The notes under the pieces are model-generated. The model worked only from the letters and a program-made list of their open reading frames with translations, did no database searches and had not been told where the DNA came from. From the NCBI RefSeq assembly GCF_006345805.1, contig NC_042997.1, forward strand, positions 193,564,001 to 193,628,000: a stretch of DNA of 64,000 nt, in the 5' to 3' direction. The translations under genes were made by a program, and so were the position numbers. Of the stretch, positions 54,172 through 64,000 are shown in pieces. The DNA comes from Octopus sinensis. Taxonomy: Eukaryota. The stretch's first letter is position 1. Every line of letters starts with the position of its first letter.

Positions 54172-54412
54172 TATTCTGTTGTGTCTGGGGAGAGTCATTT
54201 TCTTTTTGTGCCTTATAATTTAACACACTCACCGGTAAAATTTCCACTTATTTCTTATTTCTATTTCCTAAAATTTTCGTTGCGTCTCGCAAACTTTTCA
54301 ATATGAAAATTTTAAGAAAATAAAAATAAGAAATAAGTGGAAACTTTACCGGTTAGTGTGTTAAATTATAAGGCACAAAAAGAAAATAACTCTTCCCAGA
54401 CACAACAGAATA
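54172..54412. repeat. Imperfect inverted repeat (~110-bp arms, ~25-nt loop)
   Basis: Left arm also found at 23085-23210 and partly at 61410-61480. Confidence 0.85.
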
Positions 54413-54712
54413 CCTAAACATAACAATCTGAAAATAGACATCTCGAATGTGAGGCTTGAAAAGAAAAGTAATCCCTATAAAAAAGATGCTGTGGAAATGG
54501 TAAAAAATGTCAAAACTCCTGTACTTGCAAAAGTGCATAACAAGGAAAAAAATACTGCTTGGTACTGTATACATATGACTTAGTGCACTTCCAATACAGT
54601 CAAAATAACAAAACACTGGGCATATCCAAGGCACATAGAGCTGCGCATGGTTGTAGTGTAAGCATGAAATAAAAATAAGACAACTGGAGGCAATCTGGCA
54701 GAATCGTTATAG

Positions 54713-55195
54713 AAGGCAGTGAGCTGGCGGAAACGTTAGCACGCCGGGCAAAATACTTAGCGGTATTTCGTCTGCCGTTACGTTCTGGGTTCAAATTCCA
54801 CTGAGGTCGACTTTGCCTTTCATCCTTTCGGGGTCGATTAAATAAGTACCAGTTACGCACTGGGGTCGATATAATCGACTTAATCCGTTTGTCTGTCCTT
54901 GTTTTTCCTCTCTGTGTTTAGCCCCTTATAGGTAGTAAAGAAATAGGTATTTCGTCTGCCGTTACGTTGTGAGTTCAAATTCCACCGAGGTCGACTTTGC
55001 CTTTCGTCCTTTCGGGGTCGATAAATTAAGTACCAGTTATGCACTGGGGTCGATGTAATCGACTTCACCCGTTTGTCTGTCCTTGTTTGTCCCCTCTATG
55101 TTTAGCCCCTAGTAGGCAATAAAGAAATAATAATCGACGTAACCCATCCCCACAAATTTCAGTCCTTGTACCCATAGTAGAAAGGATTATTATTA
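54713..55195 (+). mobile_element. SINE family A multimer
   Basis: Head, two A-tail units, then B tail ending ATTATTATT. Confidence 0.88.
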
Positions 55196-56131
55196 ATATT
55201 AATTTTGAAACAAGCAGAAAAATGTAGGAAAACTCTGACGCATGAAATAAAAAAGAAAATGAATTTCTAACAAAAATTTGAGTAGCAAATATCTGAAATA
55301 GTTTTAAAATCCGCTGTGTCTTCCAAGTGGATATCACCATATCACCAATTGAATGTTGATTATATGAATGGATGAATTAGAGGCTGGTCGACGCTGACTG
55401 GTAGTTAAAAGAATGCGGTCGTTACAGTTTATACCGCTAGGGAAATTTAATTCATGATTGACCTTTATTACTCTCTGCTCATTTGAGTAGTCGAGCTACT
55501 TAAAATCATCTGGCTATATAAGGTGTCTTTAAATCATTACTCTAATTGCACAGCACCTCAAGCAAAGTAATTTTTTTCCACACCAACAAGTTTAATGTCG
55601 ATGAACAAGATTGCTTCTCGAATTGTAAGTAATTTATGACAAACGCCAGTGAAATGCCAATCCATAACTTATCATTAGCATAATGGCTAATTTTATCAAA
55701 TAGATTTCTATGCATATTTCTAAAGGGAAATTTTATTATCTGCCAGATAATTATATGTAGATTAATTCTCTGTGATTGGATAGTGTTTCCGTAGCTTAAC
55801 GCTGAATGCTAGTGTCCCAGTGTTCTAAGACAAGCAGTTAGATTTCATATAAAAGGAATGAATTACAGAAATGAGAAATGTCCAAAAACAGATTTTCTTT
55901 ATACTGAAGCAAAATCCAACAATCAGTTTGTCTCCATCCTCTTCTTCTCTGAAGGAAATATTTTTACGACATTAATTCAGTGACAATTTTCAAAATAAAA
56001 TTATGTATGAATGTATGTGTGGGTGTACGTATGAATGTACGTGTGGGTGTGTATGAATGTGTTTATATGTGTGTGCATGTGTCTGAGTGTAAACACATAT
56101 GTATATATAATCATATGTACATATGTGTATA

Positions 56132-57217
56132 CAGCGCTGGATTAATCTATTTCTTTACTACCCACAAGAGGCTAAACACAAAGAGGACAAACAAGGTCAG
56201 ACAGGCGGATTAAGTCGATTATATCGACCCCAGTGCGTAATTGGTACTTATTTAATCGACCCTTCAAGGATGAAAGGTAAAGTCGACCTCGGCGGAATTT
56301 GAACTCAGAACGTAGCGGCGGATGAAATACCTATTTCTTTACTACCCACAAGGGGCTAAACATAGAGAGGACAAACAAAGACAGACAAACGGATTAAGTC
56401 GATTACATCGACCCCAGTGCGTAACTGGTACTTAATTTATCGACCCCGATAGGATGAAAGGCAAAGTCGACCTCGGCGGAATTTGAACTCAGAACGTAGC
56501 GGCAGACGAAATACCTATTTCTTTACTACCCACAAGAGGCTAAACACAGAGGACAAACAAGGACAGACAAACGGATTAAGTCGATTATATCGACCCCAGT
56601 GCGTAACTGGTACTTATTAAATCGACCCCGAAAGGATGAAAGGCAAAGTCGACCTCGGAGGAATTTGAACTCAGAACGTAACGGCAGACGAAATAGGGCT
56701 ACGCATTTCGCCCGCTGTGCTAACGTTTCTGCCAGCTCGCCCCCTTCAACAGTGCTGGATTAACCATTAAGCAAAATAAGCACGTGCTTAGGCCTTCAAA
56801 GGAAGTGGTGGGTGGCACAGAAATGGTAAATGGCTGGCAGCACGGAAGAAATCACTTTAAACTTGCTAAAATAATATTCGGCATGTCTTATCTCTATTAA
56901 GTTACTAAGTATAGAAGCAGATGCGTTATGTAAGATTAATTTTGAGGATCTGATCAAAGATTTTTGCAATTAAAAAAAGTTGAAAGATAAATCTTTTCAA
57001 ATGCGAATGAAATGAAAATGTGCAAAAATAAACATTATTCTCCATCTTATTGATAATTTTGTTTCATTTTGAAAGATAATTTCTGGTATGGTTTTGTGGA
57101 GGAAAGAAGCAGGCAGGTACAACTACATGTTAATTATTGTTTATATTTTGAATTATACATATACATATGGGGACACCAAAATTTTAAAGAGCCTTTATGG
57201 GTCTTAATCCGGCCCTA
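56132..57217 (+). mobile_element. hAT MITE interrupted by a SINE trimer
   Basis: TIR CAG(C/T)GCTGGATTAA ... TTAATCCGGCCCT; remnant LSIEADALCKINFEDLIKDF of the hAT C-terminal dimerisation region at ~56900-56990. Confidence 0.75.
56146..56748 (-). mobile_element. SINE family A trimer (184-bp period) with 15-bp TSD
   Basis: ACAG(C/T)GCTGGATTAA at 56131-56145 and 56749-56763; junctions at 56147, 56331, 56515. Confidence 0.92.
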
Positions 57218-57225
57218 TATCTCTT

Positions 57226-57639
57226 TTACTCTTTACTCTTTTACTTGTTTCAGTCATTTGGCTGCGGCCATGCTGGAGCACCACCTTTTAGTCGAGCAAA
57301 TCGACCCCGGGACTTATTCTTTGTAAGCCCAGTACTTATTCTATCGGTCCCTTTTGCCGAACCGCTAAGTGACGGGGATGTAAACACACCAGCATCGGTT
57401 GTCAAGCAATGCTAGGGGGACAAACACAGACACACAAACACACACATACATATATATATATATATACATATATACGACGGGCTTCTTTTCAGTTTCCGTC
57501 TACCAAATCCACTCACAAGGCATTGGTCGGCCCGGGGCTATAGCAGAAGACACTTGGCCAAGATGCCACGCAGTGGGACTGAACCCGGAACCATGTGGTT
57601 GGTTAGCAAGCTACTTACCACACAGCCACTCCTGCGCCT
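57226..57639 (-). mobile_element. SINE family D (full length)
   Basis: Reverse complement of 26780-27192. Confidence 0.88.
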
Positions 57640-57985
57640 ATGTATATACAATTATATATTTATATATATATTTAAAAATAGAAATATTAATGTTTCTAAG
57701 TTTCTCTAAAGGAGACTACGGCAGTGGTACTGGATATTAATAGTTCTCACCAAGCTAACATGGCAGTCCAGAAAAATAGGAAGAATGCTGCCGTTGATTA
57801 GCTCCAGGAGGTCATCGCCTCTAGCTGGCTATGTGACACACGAACCTGTGTACATTATAACCTTCGAACAGGGGAGGTCAGCCGCTTCCCCCTGCTGGTC
57901 TGGCATCTACAGACTAGTTTCAGGTTATTTATCCCTTATCATTGTAGAACAGCCGAACCAGGCAGGTGTCGCTACTGACCGTCTG

Positions 57986-58876
57986 TTCATGAGCGTTTTT
58001 TTTTTTCAAATTTAAAAATGCACGCAGAAATAAAACGCTATGGCAAAATGTTTTATGTTATTTAAAAGGGAATATTTTGCTCTACAAGTTAGTGTGGTTT
58101 GATTTTTTAATTTTATTATTTTTGTATATTTTTAGATCATTAAAATGGGATGGACAAAACTGAACACTTTCGACACCATTTGCTTTTTGCTTTTAATCGA
58201 GGTGTTAAGGCCGCCGAAGCTGTTCGTGAGATTTGTGCTGTGTATGGAGAAGAGATAATGCCTCAAAGACCGCCCTCCATTGGTTTTCGCTCTTCAAAAA
58301 TGGGAATGTTGACCTGAAGGATGGATCACACACCAGTCAACCAAATGAGTTCGATGAAGAGCGATTGAATCAACTTCTTCATAAACATCCACGTCAAACG
58401 ACCAGAGAAATGGCGGAGCAGATGGATTGTGGTAAAAAAACTGTGGTGAAGCATTTTCACTCAATGGGCAAGGTTCAGAAACTCGGTGCTTGGGTGTCAC
58501 ACACTTTGAGCGAAAACAACAAAAATCAACGCTCCACATATGACCAACGCTGCGATTCAAGAACTCACATGGGAATTGCTGCTTCATCCTCCATACTCTC
58601 CAGACTTAGCACCGTCAGATTTTCATCTCTTTCGACTGCTTTCGAATGCTTCACACGGTGTATCGTTCAATAATGACGTGGAATTGAGGGCTTGGCTGGA
58701 CGAATTCTTTGAGTTAAGACCGGAAGATTTCTATCATCGAGACATCGAAAAACTTATTGAATGATGGGAGGAAGTCGAAAACAACATCGGAGAGTATATT
58801 ATTGATTAATTTGTTGTCTTTCTTTGTTTAAAATAAAATTTAAAGAAATATTCTCATGAATTATTCCTCAACTCAA
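57986..58876 (+). mobile_element. Internally deleted mariner transposon (transposase pseudogene 58150-58809)
   Basis: MDKTEHFRHHLLFAFNRG.., WVSH (WVPH motif), HPPYSPDLAPSDFHLF; DDD core deleted; right TIR CTCATGAATTATTCCTCAACTCAA|TA; left TIR partial. Confidence 0.93.
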
Positions 58877-59559
58877 TAGAGAGGCGCTTGAATGGAAAAT
58901 TAAAATAGCTGCCAAATCTCATTTGAAAGACTCTACCGTCTTAAAAAGAGAATGACACATTGCATAGAGTAGCCCTAGATATGCAGTATCCGAGAATAGG
59001 ACTGAATGGTCATGTCTAAAATGCCTTTGATCCAGGTCAGCCTGATCATGACAAACCTATAAAAAAACCACTAAGAACAACAACGATGGTGACAACAAAA
59101 ATACGACGACGTCGGCGATGGAGAGAAACTTCTGGGAAGTTGAGTTTGTGAATGGGATTATTTTTACTGGTTGCCGTGACATCACTTCAGTAATTTACAG
59201 TGCTAAGGCATGAACCTCACAAAGTCCCACGTTCAGGGAAACAATTGGCGAAACGTGCCGAAACTAAAAAAAAAAGACCAGACATTAAATGAATATTTTC
59301 TTGTATGGCTATCACCCGATATAACATATTTATCTTTTATATATAAACCAAATGTCAGTCATTCGATTTATATATATTTGTGTGTACAAATGCGTGTGTG
59401 TGTGTGTATTTCCCTTTGAAGATATGCTCAGGGCATATGAATTTAATATTTAATTAATTCACTGAGTTTTAATTGAAACAGCTGTAAGGGATGATGATTG
59501 ATTTGTTGTTTATAATAAGCAATTATTAACTTTCCAATCTCCATTTTCTTTTTCTTCTT

Positions 59560-59595
<36 letters not shown>

Positions 59596-59957
59596 AATAC
59601 GTACTAATACATACTAATACATACTAATACATACACCAACCCCATACATACGCACGTCCAGACCTATCATACGCACTAATACTCTCTCATACACACACAC
59701 ACACACACCCTTATACATACTAATACATACTAATACATACACCAACCCTATACATACACACGTCCAGACCTCTCCTACGCACTAATAGCTGGTCATTCAA
59801 CCCTATTATCAACCCTATTATCTCCCCTTATTTCGCTCTCGAGTCTCATGTTTGATCTTTGACCTCTCGCCGAAATCAGATCGCCATGTTGATTCGTTAG
59901 TTACTGCACGCATTTTTTTTTCTCTCCTTCTTTCTGTGTTTTTTTTCTCTCTGTGTA

Positions 59958-59995
59958 TCTTTCTATTGAAGAGCGTAGGCTCGAAACGTTAAAGA
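59958..59995 (+). other. Hammerhead-shaped motif with non-canonical core (CUAUUGA)
   Basis: UCUUU-CUAUUGA-A-GAGC[GUAG]GCUC-GAAA-CGU-U/AAAGA; downstream tail ends in (TA)n at ~60090. Confidence 0.4.
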
Positions 59996-60395
59996 CTTGT
60001 TTTATTTATATTTCCTGAGCGCCATACTAATACAATTGTTTGTTTGTTTCCCACATGCCTTCGTCTTTTGTCTATTTTCATAAAGCTTCCCGTTATAATA
60101 TATAATATATAATATATATATATATATAAAAATATAGGGATGGTCTTATTAAAATACCATCACAAGTGGTAAGCGAATTATCAGCCGTACAGGCAAATTA
60201 ATAAAATATATACATACAATATTAGATATGTACTTATATACACAAGGGTACTACATGAGTACCTATATCGCTAATGATAGAAATCAACAAATACTTCTGT
60301 ACCACCGAATAGTCACAAATCTATTACAGACAAGATAGGAAAAAAGATAGGAAAAAATACCTCAAATGGGTCAGAACAAGTAAATGCTGGTCAAC

Positions 60396-60451
60396 TCGGT
60401 ACCGGTTTCGAAATTTAGCGCCACCTAGGTGCATGATTTCTCATTAGCCAA
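60396..60451 (-). ncRNA. Minimal type I hammerhead with a single core substitution (G5A)
   Basis: UUGG-CUAAUGA-GAAAU..AUUUC-GAAA-CCGG-UA/CCGA; palindromic ACCGGU stem III. Confidence 0.6.
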
Positions 60452-60794
60452 AGTCCGCCAGCTAAATAACTACTAACATTCTCCCCTATCATGCCTGCGA
60501 AAGTTCGTTTGAAGTGATTAAGCACCGTACATACATACACATACACGCACACACACAAACACACATACACACACATATTTCTTTTCATTTCCGTCTATCA
60601 AATCCACTCACACGGCTATTGTTGACACAAGGCTATAGTGGAAGACACTTGCCCAAGATGCCGTGCAGTGGAACCAAACCAAAGACTACAGGCTGGGAAA
60701 CAAAATTCTTACCACACTGCCACATACATAAATATATTTACATCCTAGGAGAGTCACAAGCAGCTGACGATGAACCAATGAGTTTGTATACCTG

Positions 60795-61135
60795 TTGTTT
60801 CTTGTGCCCAATGAAGGCACGTGGCTTAGGGGTTAGTGTATTCGGCTCGTGATCATAAGGTCGTGAGTTCAACTTCCAGTGGCACATTGAGTTCTTAAGC
60901 AAGTCGTTTTATTTCTCGTTGCTCCAGGCCACTCAGCTGACAAATATGTATAGTGTCTATATTTCAAAGCGCCAGACTACTCAAATTCTTTGATACGCTG
61001 AATCTCCTTGAGAACTTTGTTAATGGTACACGTGTCTCTGCGGTGCTCAGCCACTTGCCCGTTAACTTCACGAGAAGGCTGTTCCATTGATCGAATCAAC
61101 TGGAATTCTCGTCATCATTACCGACAGAGCCATTT
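60795..61135 (+). mobile_element. Diverged SINE family C
   Basis: Homologous to 5815-6132. Confidence 0.8.
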
Positions 61136-61477
61136 ACCCGTGTCCCATGACAAACACAATGTACGCGATACACTGTTACAGACATTTCAAACCAACTGGT
61201 ACAGACAGTCTCTTCAACGTGGAGGCCACTAGATCGGTTGAGAGATCCGTTATCTTTAACTTGGCTCTAGGGTTGTGTCGAACCGGTCGCCACGTCATTT
61301 TTGACACTCAGTGGCTCAGACCATTTATCTTTAGATGAGAGATAACAATATTAACGATAACCGAGGCGTAGTGACAAAAGAAGTAATTTACTTCGTTTTT
61401 GCTTCTGGTTTGCAAGATTCTTCATTGTGAATTCGTATGTTGAAACAAATTTTGTTGTGTGTGAGGAGAGTCTTTTC

Positions 61478-61867
61478 TACTCTAGGCACAAGGTCCGACA
61501 TTTTTGGAGAGTGGGCCAGTCGATTAGATCTACTCCAGTACGCAACTGGTACTTCATTTATCGACCCTGAAGATGAAAGGCAAAGTCGACCTCGGCGGAA
61601 TTTGAACTCAGAACGCAGCTGCAGACGAAATACCTATTTCTTTACTACCCACAAGGGGCTAAACACAGAGAGGACAAACAAGGACAGACAAACGGATTAA
61701 GTCGATTACATAGACCCCAGAGCGTAACTGGTACTTATTTAATCGACCCCGAAAGGATGAAAGGCAAAGTCGACCTCGGCGGAATTTGAACTCAGAACGT
61801 AGTGGCAGACGAAATACCGATAGGCATTTCGTCCGGCGTGCTAATGTTTCTGCCAGCTCGCCGCCTT
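61478..61867 (-). mobile_element. SINE family A dimer
   Basis: B-tail unit + A-tail unit + head. Confidence 0.88.
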
Positions 61868-62689
61868 ATTTCCACTCATTTATTATTATTATTTTTTTGG
61901 TGTGTGTTTTCCAATAACAAAACATCCGTCACTAATGCTGCCAAATAAGCGAAGTAGCACACAGATACAACGTATTATTAGTCGGTACTTGTTTGGTACT
62001 TACTTTGGTTGGCATCGAAAAGATGAAAGGAAAACTTGATCTTGGTGTGAATCGTACTTAGAACATAAGGAACAAGCTTTCCTTTCGTCATCGATTCCAG
62101 TACTTGACGGGTACTTTATTTTATCGACTCTGAAAGGATGAAAAGCAAAGTTGACCTTGGCGGGATTTGAACTCAGAACGTGAAGAGGCGGACTTAGGGA
62201 CAGACTGTATAATACGTGGCATCTGTTTGTGCTACTTTGCTTATTCGGCAGGATTAAGAATAAGAGACGGATGTGTTTTGTTATTGGCGCAAAAAACAAC
62301 TTGTGAAGTTCGGCTTTATAAGTACTGGAGTCGATTTGTTCGACTAAGCCCTTTAAGGCTCCAGCAAGGCCGGCCCAGTCTAATGCCTGAAACCAGTAGA
62401 AGAAAAGATACATTTTGATGTATGCTTTAACATATCGGGGAGAAGCAAACAAGAGAAATAGAAAGAGAGAGAGAGACAAAGAGAGAAAGAGAGAGGCGGG
62501 AAAAGAGAGGGAGACAGGGAAAATAAAAAGTAGACTTCATATCCTTTGAAGAGATATTGAAATTTTTGCAAAAATATAAGAAAACCTAATTTTATGCGAT
62601 AAACTTAATGACTCATTACTGGTCTACAACCATTGTAAATTTTATAACTACAGAATGTTAATTTCCCCTGTCTTTTCTATAGGGAATTA

Positions 62690-62721
62690 CCACCACCAAC
62701 ACCACCACCACTCCACCCCAC

Positions 62722-62754
<33 letters not shown>

Positions 62755-62819
62755 TAGCTACCCTACCACTACCGCCACTGTCATTGCAGCCACCACAGTA
62801 GCCACTGCTGCTGCTACTT

Positions 62820-62853
<34 letters not shown>

Positions 62854-62990
62854 ATTAGCCACCCTACCAACACCACCACCACCACTGTCATTGCCGCTAC
62901 CACAGTAGCCACTACTACTACTACTAGTAGTAACTACTACTACTACTACTATTCAGCCACGTTAGCCACGACGACTACCACAATCCCCAC
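62690..62990. repeat. (CTA)n/(CCA)n trinucleotide repeats
   Basis: Direct reading. Confidence 0.9.
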
Positions 62991-63384
62991 CATGTCCGAC
63001 CCACCTACCATCAACACTTCCATGGTTTATTGCTCTAAAGCATTACAGCTCGAGTTTTAACGATCTTCGGTTATTCACCAATCAATAATTGCCAGGTGTG
63101 ATTTCCAGGAAGCTTGACTGTTATTTCTAGCCGACTGAATGACCATGTAGAGGCTCCTTTAGATAGGAGGGGAGTGTGTGTGTGTGTGTGTGTATGTTGA
63201 GGTGGGGTGTGGTGGGGTGGTGGCTTGTCACTGTCAGTGTGAACGTAGAATAGACAAATCTTATTTACTGTTCCGGCGAAACAATCTCCCGCCACGAGAG
63301 GCAATATGGCGAAAATTTCAGGAAACGTCCACCGGTGTGTTTTGTCTGTCATTTCTATGGTGACAGTGTCAATGTGAAGTGCAT

Positions 63385-63995
63385 CACAACCGTTGTTGGT
63401 CGTACCATCACCACTACCATCATCACCACTAACACCACCACCGAATACCCCCCCCCACCACCACCGTCAACACTAATACCACCACCATCACCAACATCAC
63501 TACCACTACCAACGACTCTAACACCACCAGCACCAACACTGACACCACCGCCACCACCACCAACACCACCACCACCACCACCATCACCAACATCACCACC
63601 ACCACTACCAACGACGCTAACGCCACCACCAACATCACCACCACCACTACCAATGACACTAGCACCAGCACTAACACCACCACCACAACCACCACCAACA
63701 CTACCACCACCACCACTACCACCACCACCACTACCACCACTACCACCACCAACAACAACAACAACACTAACACCATCAATACTAACACCAACACTAACAC
63801 CACCACCACCACTACCGTCAACACTACATGCAATAGTAAAATCCACCACCACAACCACCACAACTGCTGCCACAACTGTTACCACAACAACCAACAATAC
63901 AGCCACTGAAACCACCACGATGCAACGACGACGACGACCATTATTACCATGACCACCACCATCTCTGTCACTACCCCCAACACTACCACCGAAGC
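63385..63995. repeat. Degenerate (CCA)n low-complexity tract
   Basis: Direct reading; open in several frames. Confidence 0.85.
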
Positions 63996-64000
63996 TATTA

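Noticed and set aside
54480-54600. Cys-rich stretch KRCCGNGKKCQNSCTCKS
   Set aside because: Short, followed by stops, possibly a transposon CXC remnant; cannot be assigned.
56146-56748. 184-bp arrays as CRISPR or satellite
   Set aside because: Units are SINE bodies bounded by a TSD.

Overview
Repeat-saturated, AT-rich eukaryotic DNA. The SINE, Helitron and microsatellite content matches what I recognise from Octopus-type cephalopod genomes; this is an inference, not a database result. I recognise no host protein-coding exon, and nearly all supplied ORFs are translations of microsatellites or SINEs. Supported features are four families of tRNA-derived SINEs (one forms ~185-bp multimers bounded by target-site duplications), several non-autonomous Helitrons plus a Helitron helicase fragment, a Helentron/DINE-type element, mariner, Tigger, hAT, Merlin-like and piggyBac-like remnants, and RTE and R4/Dong-type LINE fragments. 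The most interesting signal is at 21105-22947. A ~476-bp unit carrying a fully foldable type I hammerhead ribozyme is present as two terminally redundant, circularly permuted, inverted copies inserted in a (TA)n tract. It is followed by a second fold-back element carrying a different hammerhead. Further degenerate hammerhead-bearing tails anchored in (TA)n occur across the window. Together these suggest Penelope/retrozyme-like elements that target (TA)n, possibly via a circular RNA. A long-read assembly artefact for the palindromes must be excluded.
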